DNA from: Oscillospiraceae bacterium
GTDB taxonomy: Bacteria > Bacillota > Clostridia > Oscillospirales > JAAYXM01
Direction: 5' to 3'
DNA length: 64,000 bases
Assembly: GCA_017439555.1 (NCBI GenBank)
Contig: JAFSIZ010000050.1
Coordinates: forward strand, 439-64,438
Part shown: in pieces, positions 36,469 through 46,135 of the stretch
Numbering within the stretch: the stretch's first letter is position 1
Layout: each line of letters begins with the position of its first letter
The notes under the pieces: generated by a model
The model's database searches: none
What the model saw: only the letters and a program-made list of their open reading frames with translations
What the model was told of the DNA's origin: nothing
Program-made: the position numbers and the translations under genes

Positions 36469-37872
36469 ATGGCTTTTTATCTTGCGATAGACTTGGGCAC
36501 AACGGGATGCCGAAGCATTTTATTTGATGATTCGCTGGAGATTGTGTCATCGTCATATGAAGAATATGGGCTGATAACGCTTCGCGAGGGCTGGGTTGAA
36601 CAGGACGCTGAGCTTTGGTGGAGCCTGACTGTCAAGACCTCGAAGAAGGCGATATGCGATGCAAAGGTTTCACCTTCGGAAGTGAAGGGAATATCGATAA
36701 GCTCACAGGGCATAACGATAGTTCCGGTGGATAAGAATTTCAGTGCCATATACAATGCAATCAGCTGGCTTGATCTGCGCGCAGAAAAGGAGACACTGCA
36801 GATTGATTCCGATTTCGGAGAGACTGAAATCTTCGAGCACACAGGCAAGTCGGTAAATGCTGCATATACGCTGCCGAAGCTTTTGTGGATAAAGGAAAAC
36901 CTTCCGGAAATCTGGAGCTCTGCAGAAAAGTTCCTTATGCCGATGGATTTTCTCCTTGCAAAGCTTACGGGTAAGTGTGTGACAGACCACAGTATGGCGT
37001 CAGGAACGCTTCTGTATGATATTGAAAAACGTTGCTGGAGCAAAAGGCTGCTTGACCATTATGAGATTGACGAGAATAAGCTTCCGGAAATCAGATGGAG
37101 CGGCGAATGTGTCGGCAAGGTACTTCCTTCGGTTGCGCAGGAGCTTGGCGTCAGTGAGGATTGCGTTGTTGCGGTCGGTGCGCAGGATCAGAAGTGTGCG
37201 GCTCTCGGTGCAGGGCTTCGCAATGGCACGATGACGATTTCTCTCGGCACTGCGGCAGCTGTCACAAAGCTCTGGACTGAGGTCAATACCAAGGAAAACA
37301 AAAGTGTTGGCTGGTGCGGTTATACAGAACAGGGAACATGGGTCACGGAAGGCGTTGTCAGCACAGCGGGAACCTGTCTTCGCTGGGTGCGCGATATGAT
37401 GTTCCGCGGCGAGGAATACAGCGTTATAGATGATGAGGCAATGCAGGCAAAGCTGCGCGGAAGCTCGCTCCTTTTTTACCCATATCTCGGTGAGGATGCC
37501 TGCTTCTATGGCGCAAGCCTTGCGACGGAACGAGGTGATTTTGCTCTGGCGGTAATGCAGGGAGTAGCTTTTGAAATACGCAAGCTTCTTGAAAAGATGG
37601 AGGCAGATAAAGGGATAGACAGGCTTGTTATGTTCGGCGGCGGCGCAAAGGGCGATTTGTGGTGTCAGATGATTTCGGATATAACGCAAAAAGAGCTTGT
37701 TGTTCCGACGACGGCAGAAGCTGCAGGTGCAGGAGCTGCAATGCTTGCGGCACGCGCGGCCGGAAGTGAGCTGGCTCCGCTTGCGGCGGCAAAGAAATTC
37801 ACGCCGCAGGAAAACTGCGATGAAAAGTATGAAAAATACATATCGTTAGAAAGAAAAATTTGGGAGAGATAA
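36469..37872 (+). CDS. FGGY-family carbohydrate kinase
   Basis: LAIDLGTTG, GWVEQD, ISSQG, AISWLDLR, PKLLWIKE, GAQDQ, ISLGT, GGGAKGDLWCQ; start ATG 36469 behind GAGGG. Confidence 0.9.
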   Translation: MAFYLAIDLGTTGCRSILFDDSLEIVSSSYEEYGLITLREGWVEQDAELWWSLTVKTSKKAICDAKVSPSEVKGISISSQGITIVPVDKNFSAIYNAISWLDLRAEKETLQIDSDFGETEIFEHTGKSVNAAYTLPKLLWIKENLPEIWSSAEKFLMPMDFLLAKLTGKCVTDHSMASGTLLYDIEKRCWSKRLLDHYEIDENKLPEIRWSGECVGKVLPSVAQELGVSEDCVVAVGAQDQKCAALGAGLRNGTMTISLGTAAAVTKLWTEVNTKENKSVGWCGYTEQGTWVTEGVVSTAGTCLRWVRDMMFRGEEYSVIDDEAMQAKLRGSSLLFYPYLGEDACFYGASLATERGDFALAVMQGVAFEIRKLLEKMEADKGIDRLVMFGGGAKGDLWCQMISDITQKELVVPTTAEAAGAGAAMLAARAAGSELAPLAAAKKFTPQENCDEKYEKYISLERKIWER

Positions 37873-37874
37873 AA

Positions 37875-39161
37875 GTGGTATCTTCACAGAATATATATAA
37901 AGACATCTATCATCTTACAGAAACGATAGGTACAAGAATTGCAGGAACGAAGCAGGAACGCGAGGCTGCTGAATACCTGCAGAAGCGCTTCCTTGAATAT
38001 GCTCCGTCGTGTGTGATTGAAGAATTTCAGACGATGGTGCGCGATGTCAAGGATGAAAAGCTTGAGGTGTATGTTGGCGGCGAATGGAAGAGGATCAACG
38101 CAAAGCTTTTCAATATGTCAACGACAACAGAAGGCAAAGATGTTGAAGCAGAGATTGTTTTCTTTGATGGACACACAGACTATCAGAGGGCAGATATTTC
38201 CCACATAACAGGCAAGGCTGTTGTCCATTTCGGTTTCATACCGAACGAAGAGGCGTTTTGCCGCCTTCTTGAAGCAAAGCCCGCTTTTATGATGATGGTT
38301 GACACGCGATATACAAGCGAACTTCCGATAGCAAACAGCTTCTTGCCGGCATATGTCGAAAAACACGGCGCGGTAACTGCTGTTGATGTCGCGTTCTATG
38401 ATGCTTGGGCTTTCCTCAAGGCAGGGGCAACAAGGGCGAGACTCAATGTTTCCGGCGGTACATATAAAGGCGTTTCGCAGAATGTCATTGCTGAGATTCC
38501 GGGCACAGACCCGGATGCTCCATGCATTTATGCAGGCGGACATATAGATTCCGTGGCAGGAAGCTCGGGCGCAGATGATAACGCTGTCGGCTGTGCGATA
38601 ATCGTTGAGCTTGCGCGGCTTCTGTCTCAGAAGCCACATAGGCATACAATCAGGCTTATAGCATATGGCTCTGAGGAGCAGCTTTCGGTCGGAAGTGCGA
38701 TGTATGTAAAACGCCATCGTGAGGAGATTGAGAAAAAAGGTGCATTTATGTGCAACTTTGATTCCTGTTCATCTGCTATCGGCTGGAACCGTTTTGTCAT
38801 AAATGCAAACGCAGCGCTTCGCGAGAAGATGAAAAGTGTATATAACGGCGAGGACATATATTATGTCGAGTTCACACAGCCCGATCCGTGTAACGATCTG
38901 TTTCCGTTCACGGTGTGCGGCGTGCCGGGTGTAACGCTTATGCGCAACAACTGTGAAGTCGGAAAGTTCTATCATCATCGCCCTGATAACAACCTTGAAA
39001 ATATTTCGTGCGATATTGCGGCAAAGCTTGCAAAAGCCTCGGCGAAGCTCATTGAAGAGCTCGCGGACGGCGACGATACAAGAGAATTATATACAGTGGA
39101 TAAGGCTATGTGCGCTGCTGTTGACAGCCTTTGGCTGGAAAACTACGGCGGCTGGGAATAA
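37875..39161 (+). CDS. M28-family metallo-amidohydrolase/peptidase with PA-like insert, cytoplasmic
   Basis: GGHIDSV, GADDNAVG, GSEEQ, NFD, YHHRPDN Zn ligands; probable GTG start at 37875. Confidence 0.85.
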   Translation: MVSSQNIYKDIYHLTETIGTRIAGTKQEREAAEYLQKRFLEYAPSCVIEEFQTMVRDVKDEKLEVYVGGEWKRINAKLFNMSTTTEGKDVEAEIVFFDGHTDYQRADISHITGKAVVHFGFIPNEEAFCRLLEAKPAFMMMVDTRYTSELPIANSFLPAYVEKHGAVTAVDVAFYDAWAFLKAGATRARLNVSGGTYKGVSQNVIAEIPGTDPDAPCIYAGGHIDSVAGSSGADDNAVGCAIIVELARLLSQKPHRHTIRLIAYGSEEQLSVGSAMYVKRHREEIEKKGAFMCNFDSCSSAIGWNRFVINANAALREKMKSVYNGEDIYYVEFTQPDPCNDLFPFTVCGVPGVTLMRNNCEVGKFYHHRPDNNLENISCDIAAKLAKASAKLIEELADGDDTRELYTVDKAMCAAVDSLWLENYGGWE

Positions 39162-39180
39162 AAATTATTAAGAGAGGAAG

Positions 39181-40521
39181 ATGAATATGTTAAGAGCAGG
39201 TATGGCCCGTGCGGATATCACACCGCCGAAGGGGCTTGAGCTTGCGGGATACCCTCATTATCCGAGATATAATGAAGGTGCCCACGATCCGCTTATGGCG
39301 GCTTGTATGTATATTGAAAACGAAGATGCAAAAATTGCGATGGTAACCCTCGATTTGCTTTTCTTCTCCAAAAAGCATACGACTGAGGTGCGTCGCCGCG
39401 TAGAGGCAGAGTGCGGCATCCCGGGAAAGAATGTTATGATCAGCTGTTCACACACCCATTCAGGTCCGTGGGCTTCGGGAAGGCTTGATATCGAAAGCCT
39501 TGAAGCAGGAAAAGAGCAGCCGAAGGAATATGTCGAAGATCTCATTTCAAAGATAGTCTCGATTATAAAGGAAGCAAAAGAGGGTGCTTTCCCGGCATCG
39601 TTCGGTGCAGGAGTTGCTCTCTGTGGCGCTGAATCAGGTGTCGGTGGCAACCGCCGCATTCCGGGTGGCCCCCATGATCCGCTCGTCAGCGTTATGGCTG
39701 TCAAGGATGCAGAGGATAAGATCCGCGGTATTTTTGTCAACTATACGCTTCATCCGACATTCATTCACGAATGGAGCAACGTCTGCACAGCAGATTATCC
39801 TTGCTATCTCAGAATGCAGCTTGAAGAGCTTGAACCGGGCGTTATCGTCGGATTTGCACAGGGCGCATCGGGCAATCAGTCCTCGCGCTACTATCGCCAG
39901 GGCGAGAGCTATGATGAGGCAGAGCGCGTAGGCCGCATTCTCGGCCGTGCCGCTCATTCCGTTCTTGCGAAGATGGAATGGACAAACGATATGCCGATAG
40001 CTGTCGCAAATTCTGAGCTTCCGTTTGAGCTTCGCGATTTCGGAACAGAAGAGGAGCTTATGGAAAAGGTTGCTCATGATGAAGCAGTCTATAAAGAGCT
40101 CTATGCAAAATACGGTGACTCAACAAACCGTGAGGAATATTATCTCTGGCAGAATGCAAACCTCAAGCTTCTCGGCTCTGAGGATCAGCTCGGCTATATC
40201 AGAATGCAGAAAAAGGGCATCAAGATCGAGCTTCTGGATGATGAAGGCCCGATGGAGATCCAGATTATAAAGCTTGGCGGAACTTGCGTTGTCGGTATTC
40301 AGGGAGAGGCATTTGTCGAATTTGCGCTCTATGTAAAGGCGATGGCAGGATTTGGTATGGTCGTGTTCAACGAGCTTACAAACGGCGTTCTTCCGGGCTA
40401 TCTCTACACACCGGAATCTCTTGTAACAGGCGGATATGAAACAGATACATCAATGCTTGGCGAAAACTTCGGTAAGCATATGGTGGAAAAAGTTCTTGAA
40501 ACTATTGAAGAGGTGAAGTAA
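39181..40521 (+). CDS. Neutral/alkaline ceramidase-like Zn amidohydrolase (paralog 2)
   Basis: DITPP, GAHDPL, CSHTHSGP, NYTLHPT, TADYP, QGASGNQS, GGYE. Confidence 0.85.
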   Translation: MNMLRAGMARADITPPKGLELAGYPHYPRYNEGAHDPLMAACMYIENEDAKIAMVTLDLLFFSKKHTTEVRRRVEAECGIPGKNVMISCSHTHSGPWASGRLDIESLEAGKEQPKEYVEDLISKIVSIIKEAKEGAFPASFGAGVALCGAESGVGGNRRIPGGPHDPLVSVMAVKDAEDKIRGIFVNYTLHPTFIHEWSNVCTADYPCYLRMQLEELEPGVIVGFAQGASGNQSSRYYRQGESYDEAERVGRILGRAAHSVLAKMEWTNDMPIAVANSELPFELRDFGTEEELMEKVAHDEAVYKELYAKYGDSTNREEYYLWQNANLKLLGSEDQLGYIRMQKKGIKIELLDDEGPMEIQIIKLGGTCVVGIQGEAFVEFALYVKAMAGFGMVVFNELTNGVLPGYLYTPESLVTGGYETDTSMLGENFGKHMVEKVLETIEEVK

Positions 40522-40522
40522 T

Positions 40523-41671
40523 ATGGTATGTATTAAAAATGCTAAGGTAGTGCTTGAAGGCGGAATCATATGGGACGGTGTTGTTCTCGTTGACGGCGAC
40601 AGAATTGTTGCAGCAGGCGAGGCAGGCGCGGTTGAAATCCCTGCAGGAGCAGAGATTGTTGATGCAAACGGCGCATATGTAGGCCCCGGCTTTGTTGATA
40701 TCCATGTCCACGGCGGAAACGGATATTCCTTCAATAAGGATCCTTATGAAGCGGCAGAGCATTTTCTCGCACACGGCGAAACCACAATTCTCGGAACATT
40801 CTATTTCGATCTCGGAAGAGACGAATACATAGCTGCAGCAGAGCGCGTGCGTGAAGCGATGAATCGCGGCGGCGCAGGTGATGCTCTTGCAGGTATCTAT
40901 ATGGAAGGCCCGTATATGAACCCGAAATACGGATCAAACCCCCAGGGTAACAAGTGGAAGGGCGACATCTGTGCGGAAGACTATGAAGCGATAGTAGACA
41001 GCTTTGGCGATATCGTCCGTATGTGGGCTATTGCGCCTGAGCGTGAAGGCCTCGTTCCCTTTATGCAATATGTAAAGAAAGTGAATCCTGAAGCAGGCTT
41101 CGCTTTCGGTCACTGTGAAGCAAACGCTGAGGAAATCAGAAAAGTCAAGAAATACGGCCTCATAACACAGACACATTGTATGGATGCAACAAACAGCGTC
41201 TCAAAATGGTTTGGCGTCCGCGGCAACGGCCCTGATGAGACTTGTCTTGCTGATCCGGAAATTTATGCAGAGCTTATTTCCGATTCACTTGGTGTTCACG
41301 TCAATTCCGATAACCAGCGCCTTATCCTAAAGGCTAAAGGTGTTGACCGCGTTGTCCTCATTTCCGACAGCGTTGTCAGTGATGAAAAGGCGCCGGACGA
41401 TCTTGCACACGTTAAGGACCTCGTTTTCGATTCAAACGGCTGGCTTGGCGGAAGCAAGCTCACAATGGATGCTGCCTGCCGCAACATTATGCATCATACA
41501 AACTGCGGTATCGCACAGGCGTTCCTGATGGCATCTCGCAATCCTGCAAAGGTTCTCGGAATGTATGATGAGATCGGCTCGATCGAAGAAGGCAAGCGCG
41601 CAAACCTTGTTTTCGTTGACGATATGTTCAATGTCAAAAAGGTTATGCTGAACGGAAAGTTCGTCGGATAA
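40523..41671 (+). CDS. nagA: N-acetylhexosamine-phosphate deacetylase-like amidohydrolase (NagA family, divergent)
   Basis: PGFVDIHVHGG, EGPY, IAPE, GH, TH, ISD, NPAK, GSIEEGKRANLV. Confidence 0.8.
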   Translation: MVCIKNAKVVLEGGIIWDGVVLVDGDRIVAAGEAGAVEIPAGAEIVDANGAYVGPGFVDIHVHGGNGYSFNKDPYEAAEHFLAHGETTILGTFYFDLGRDEYIAAAERVREAMNRGGAGDALAGIYMEGPYMNPKYGSNPQGNKWKGDICAEDYEAIVDSFGDIVRMWAIAPEREGLVPFMQYVKKVNPEAGFAFGHCEANAEEIRKVKKYGLITQTHCMDATNSVSKWFGVRGNGPDETCLADPEIYAELISDSLGVHVNSDNQRLILKAKGVDRVVLISDSVVSDEKAPDDLAHVKDLVFDSNGWLGGSKLTMDAACRNIMHHTNCGIAQAFLMASRNPAKVLGMYDEIGSIEEGKRANLVFVDDMFNVKKVMLNGKFVG

Positions 41672-41683
41672 CGGAGGTAAGCG

Positions 41684-43021
41684 ATGTTAAAGGCTGGAAT
41701 GTCGAAAAGAGATATCACACCGCCTCTCGGCATCGGGCTTACGGGGTATCCCCATTATCCGAGACCGAACACAGGCGCACATGACCCGCTTTGGGCGGCT
41801 TGTATGTATGTGAGCGACGGCAATTGCGAAGCTGCGCTTGTAACGCTTGATATTCTCTATTATTCAAAAAAACACGTTGCTGAAATCCGCAGGAGAGTAG
41901 AGGAAGAGTGTGGTATTCCCGGAAGAAATATAATGATAAGCTGTTCACACACTCATTCCGCACCTCTTTGCTATACGCCGTTCACTATGGACGACCTCGA
42001 GGGCGGAGATTCCGGTCAGCCGAGGGAATATGTACAATTTACAATCAAAGCAATTACTGAGGCGATTGAAGAGGCGAAAGCAAATGCGTTTCCGGCAAAG
42101 TTTGGCGCAGATGTTGCGATGTGCGGCGCTGAATCAGGTGTCGGAGGAAACAGGCGCATACCGGGAGGCCCCCACGATCCTCTTGTCAGTGTAATGGCTG
42201 TTAAAGATATGGATGACAAAATCCGCGGTGTATATGTCAACTATTCGTTGCACCCGACTTTTATCCACGAATGGAGCACGCTTTGCACTGCTGACTATCC
42301 GTATTATACACGCCTTGAGATCGAAGAAAATGAAGGTAATCCTGTTGTTTGCTTTGCTCAGGGCGCATCGGGCAACCAATCGAGCCGCTACTACAGAAAC
42401 GGTGAAAGCTATGACGAAGCTGAACGTGTCGGAAGAGCGATAGGTAAGGCGGCAAGACTTGCGCTCTCGAAAATGGATTGGAAATCAGAGCTCTCGATTG
42501 ATGTGGTAAGCGAAGATATTCCGTTCGAAATCCGTGATTTCGGAACCATTGAAGAGCTTGAAGAAAAGTGCGCCCGTGATACAGCGGTCTACGAAGAGCT
42601 TTATGCAAAATACGGCAATTCGACAAACCGCGATGAATATTATCTCTGGCAGAACGCAAATCTCAAACATCTCGGCTCAGAAAATCAGCTTGCCTTTGTC
42701 AAGTTCATTTCCAAAGGCGGAAAGGTTCCTGCGTTTGAGGAAGAAGCACCTGCTGAGATTCAGATCATCAGAATCGGCGATGCTTGCATTGTCGGTGCAC
42801 AGGGCGAGATATTCATTGAGTATGCGCTGTATATAAAGGCAATGGCAGGATTTAAGACAGTTGTATTCAATGAGCTTGCAAACGGTATCCTTGCAGGTTA
42901 CCTTTACACACCGGAATCGCTTGTAACCGGAGGTTATGAAACAGACACCTCAATGATGGCGGCAAGCTTCGGTAAATCCATGGTAGATAAAGCCTTAGAG
43001 CTTATAGAAAAAGTAAAATAA
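41684..43021 (+). CDS. Neutral/alkaline ceramidase-like Zn amidohydrolase (paralog 3)
   Basis: Same motifs as paralog 2 (CSHTHSAP, NYSLHPT, QGASGNQS, GGYE). Confidence 0.85.
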   Translation: MLKAGMSKRDITPPLGIGLTGYPHYPRPNTGAHDPLWAACMYVSDGNCEAALVTLDILYYSKKHVAEIRRRVEEECGIPGRNIMISCSHTHSAPLCYTPFTMDDLEGGDSGQPREYVQFTIKAITEAIEEAKANAFPAKFGADVAMCGAESGVGGNRRIPGGPHDPLVSVMAVKDMDDKIRGVYVNYSLHPTFIHEWSTLCTADYPYYTRLEIEENEGNPVVCFAQGASGNQSSRYYRNGESYDEAERVGRAIGKAARLALSKMDWKSELSIDVVSEDIPFEIRDFGTIEELEEKCARDTAVYEELYAKYGNSTNRDEYYLWQNANLKHLGSENQLAFVKFISKGGKVPAFEEEAPAEIQIIRIGDACIVGAQGEIFIEYALYIKAMAGFKTVVFNELANGILAGYLYTPESLVTGGYETDTSMMAASFGKSMVDKALELIEKVK

Positions 43022-43039
43022 AGAAAGAGGGAAAATGTA

Positions 43040-43990
43040 ATGAGCTTCAAAGAAACTTTCAGTCACGATTTTTACCCATTCAAGGATCAGGCGGAAATTG
43101 ACCGTGTGCGCAAGATAACCTATGAGGATATCATTGCTATGGGAGGCAAGCATCCGACAGCGAAGAGCGCAAGCGTAAACGTTGTCCGCGGAGATATGGT
43201 TGAGACAATCATGATTTCCGATATGGTCAGCAGAATTGTCGCATCAGACCGCGAGGATAAGCTTTGCGTTATGATTATGTGCAATCCCTGCCCGACATAT
43301 GCAAAGGTTGCATATATGCTCCAGGAAATGAAGGTAAACTGCCGCAACGTAAAGTTCTATATGATGGACGAGTGGGCAGACGAGGATGGAAACATCGCTC
43401 CGCTTTCCTATAAGGCAGGCTTCGGCTATGCATTCAACAAGTTTATGATTTCAAACCTTGCAGGTCTTGGTTTCCGTGAAGAGAACTTCATCTATCACAG
43501 CAACAAGACAACACCTGACTTCTCAAAGATGCTTGAGCAGGACGGCGAGGCAGATATCGTATATTCAGGTCCGGGCTGGCCGGGACATCTCGCATTCATC
43601 GACCCGGTTGAAGATTGGTATAAGCCGACGATGGAAGAATATCTCGAGCAGGGCGCAAAGGTTGCAACACTCCATCCGCTCACAATCGCACAGAATTCTC
43701 TCCATGGTGGATTCGGTCTCTCCGGCGATATTTCAAAGGTACCGCCGAAGGGCGCAATGATGGGTCCGCGCGATGCTATGAAGGCAAAGAATGTTCTCGA
43801 CATCCATTCGATAACAACAGCCGGCTCACAGGTTTCCTGGCAGCGCCTCACATCACGTCTCTGCGTATTCGGAAAGCCTGCACAGGAAGTTCCGGCATCC
43901 ATTCTCCAGCTTCGTGACAAGCCGACACGCATCATCTTCAGCGAAGTCGCAGCTGCCACAATAAAGGATGAGGAAATCTTCCAGTATTAA
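43040..43990 (+). CDS. Divergent glucosamine-6-phosphate deaminase/isomerase-like protein (NagB fold)
   Basis: FYMMDEW (cf. FNMDEY) and GPGWPGHLAFIDP (cf. GIGxNGHIAFNEP), VPASILQL. Confidence 0.7.
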   Translation: MSFKETFSHDFYPFKDQAEIDRVRKITYEDIIAMGGKHPTAKSASVNVVRGDMVETIMISDMVSRIVASDREDKLCVMIMCNPCPTYAKVAYMLQEMKVNCRNVKFYMMDEWADEDGNIAPLSYKAGFGYAFNKFMISNLAGLGFREENFIYHSNKTTPDFSKMLEQDGEADIVYSGPGWPGHLAFIDPVEDWYKPTMEEYLEQGAKVATLHPLTIAQNSLHGGFGLSGDISKVPPKGAMMGPRDAMKAKNVLDIHSITTAGSQVSWQRLTSRLCVFGKPAQEVPASILQLRDKPTRIIFSEVAAATIKDEEIFQY

Positions 43991-44009
43991 TTCGGAGGTT
44001 CTGACGGCA

Positions 44010-44615
44010 ATGATAAAGAATGAAGCGATAGAAGCCGCTCTTGCAGCATATGACATAGAGGCGGAATGTATCCGCGACATGAAGTCGTATGTTGACGTTG
44101 AGCAGTTTAAAAAAGCAGTTGAGCTTCTTTGCAATGCACCGAGAATCGGTGCAGCCGGAAGCGGACATTCAGGCATTATATGTCAGCATTTCGCACATCT
44201 TATGTGCTGCATCGAGCGCCCTGCGAGATTCATATCTCCGGCAGAGGCAGTCCACGGTGCGACAGGATTTTTGCAGAAGGGCGATGTGATGGTATTTGCA
44301 TCGCGCGGCGGCAAGACAAAAGAGCTTTTGCCGATAGTTGATATCTGCAAGGCAAAGGGTGTGTCGATAATAACCGTAACGGAGAATATGGAATCTCCGC
44401 TTGCAGAGGCGGCTGACGTTGTCATCAAGCAATATGTCAACCGCGAAACCGACAAGTGGAACGCTCAGGGAACAACGAGCACAACAGCACTTTGTATGAT
44501 TTTCCATGCATTGCAGGCTGCTATGATTGAGCAGACCGGTTATCAGGCAGAGCAGTTTGCTCTTATCCATCCGGGCGGAGCTGTCGGCGAGCGCCTGAAC
44601 AATAAAGCGTTATAA
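44010..44615 (+). CDS. SIS-domain sugar-phosphate isomerase (KpsF/GutQ-like, no CBS domains)
   Basis: GSGHSG, EAVHG, ASRGGKTKEL, SPLAEAAD, TTSTT, HPGGAVG; start ATG 44010 behind GGAGG. Confidence 0.85.
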   Translation: MIKNEAIEAALAAYDIEAECIRDMKSYVDVEQFKKAVELLCNAPRIGAAGSGHSGIICQHFAHLMCCIERPARFISPAEAVHGATGFLQKGDVMVFASRGGKTKELLPIVDICKAKGVSIITVTENMESPLAEAADVVIKQYVNRETDKWNAQGTTSTTALCMIFHALQAAMIEQTGYQAEQFALIHPGGAVGERLNNKAL

Positions 44616-44645
44616 TTAAAAATCCAGAAAGTGAGTGAATGAAAA

Positions 44646-45344
44646 ATGGCAAATTGCAAGATTAAAGCTCCGTTTTTCGAAATCGGACCGAAGTCCTATC
44701 TCTTCGGTGACGAAATTCTTGAGCTTGCCCTTGCGGCGGATAAGGCATCAGAGAAATATGATGTTGACATCATTTTCACCTGCCCTGTAGTTGATATCCG
44801 CAGAGTAGCGGAGGCAACAAAGCGCATCCATGTATTTGCACCGCATATGGACCCGATCGTTCCGGGCCGCGGACTTGCAGACATTCTTCCTGAATCTCTT
44901 GTTGCGGCAGGTGCAGAGGGCGTTATGCTCAATCACGTTGAAAAGCCGCTCGAGTTTGAGGTTCTTGCCGATACAATAAAGCGTGCAGACGAAGTCGGTC
45001 TTACAACGATTGTATGTGCAGATTCAATGGCCGATGCATCGAAGATTGCAGAGCTTCATCCCGATATCATCGTTGCAGAGCCGTCTGAGCTTATCGGCAC
45101 AGGCGTCAGCGTAGGTCCTGAGTATGTCGCTGCAGCAACGGAATCTGTCAAGAAGGTTGATGAAAACATCCTCGTTCTCACAGCTGCAGGCATCGCAGGC
45201 GGAGAGGATGTATACAACACAATGATCGCCGGTGCTGATGCAACGGGATCTTCGTCAGGCGTGGCCAAGGCAGCAGACCGCCCGGCAATGGTCGATGAAA
45301 TGATCGCCGCTTGCCGCAAGGCCTGGGACGAAAAACATTCTTAA
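44646..45344 (+). CDS. Triosephosphate isomerase-like protein (short, archaeal-type)
   Basis: PKSY (catalytic K), LNHVEK (catalytic H), AEPSELIGTG (catalytic E), AAGI; 232 aa. Confidence 0.8.
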   Translation: MANCKIKAPFFEIGPKSYLFGDEILELALAADKASEKYDVDIIFTCPVVDIRRVAEATKRIHVFAPHMDPIVPGRGLADILPESLVAAGAEGVMLNHVEKPLEFEVLADTIKRADEVGLTTIVCADSMADASKIAELHPDIIVAEPSELIGTGVSVGPEYVAAATESVKKVDENILVLTAAGIAGGEDVYNTMIAGADATGSSSGVAKAADRPAMVDEMIAACRKAWDEKHS

Positions 45345-45379
45345 GTCAATATTTTTTAAAATATAAGGAGGAAACAAAA

Positions 45380-46000
45380 ATGGAATTCAAAGTTTATCAG
45401 AAAGAGTTAGAGCTCCAGTCAAGAGGCTGGATCCCGACTTTCCACGATGTCTCCAAGGAGATCATGGAAATCGTTAAGGCATCAGGTGTCAAGAACGGCA
45501 CAGTATGCATCGCATCTCACCACACAACCTGCTCGGTTATGATTCAGGAATGCTCACACGACCTCGATTCTTTCGACCTCGAGTATCTCCAGCATGACCT
45601 TCTCGACATCATGCGCAAGCTCATCCCGGATTATACAAACGAGGGTGACTACCGCCATCCGGGTCCGCTCCACGCACAGTTCGGCCGCTATGTAAACGAG
45701 CCTGGTAACTACACATCAATGAACACAGACGGTCATCTTCGCTCCGTATTCTTCGGCAGAAGCGAGACAATGACAATCAAAGACGGTGTTCTTGATGGCG
45801 GTGAGTTCGCTCACATCTATTTCATCGACTGGGATCACGTTCGTGCACGCCGTCGCCAGCTTAATGTAACCGTTATGGGTACAACTGACGAGGTTGAAGA
45901 TCGCAAGTGGAACGGCGGCGAGGTTATCGACACTCTCCGCAAGTTCACACCTGACGAAAAGGCATATGACGAGCGCTACGACCTCCAGCTCAAGAGATAA
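45380..46000 (+). CDS. yjbQ: YjbQ/UPF0047-family protein
   Basis: SGVKNG, HHTTCS..QE, YRH, NTDGHLRS, IYFIDWD..R; start ATG 45380 behind AAGGAGG. Confidence 0.8.
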   Translation: MEFKVYQKELELQSRGWIPTFHDVSKEIMEIVKASGVKNGTVCIASHHTTCSVMIQECSHDLDSFDLEYLQHDLLDIMRKLIPDYTNEGDYRHPGPLHAQFGRYVNEPGNYTSMNTDGHLRSVFFGRSETMTIKDGVLDGGEFAHIYFIDWDHVRARRRQLNVTVMGTTDEVEDRKWNGGEVIDTLRKFTPDEKAYDERYDLQLKR

Positions 46001-46014
46001 TAAAAAATGTCCTC

Positions 46015-46044
46015 AAAACAGCTTCCTGAAAAGGAAGCTGTTTT
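46015..46044 (+). terminator. Intrinsic terminator closing the 9-gene operon
   Basis: AAAACAGCTTCCT-GAAA-AGGAAGCTGTTTT. Confidence 0.85.
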
Positions 46045-46135
46045 CCTGCTTTTAAACGCTTTAATGTCTTGCGATTTTTCTTATAAAATGGTATACTTAA
46101 TATATAAAACAAAGTAAGAAAAGGAGAAAGACAGA

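Noticed and set aside
45380-46000. YjbQ as part of thiamine synthesis
   Set aside because: A canonical thiE is present 34 kb away, and this gene sits in a sugar catabolic operon with no TPP riboswitch
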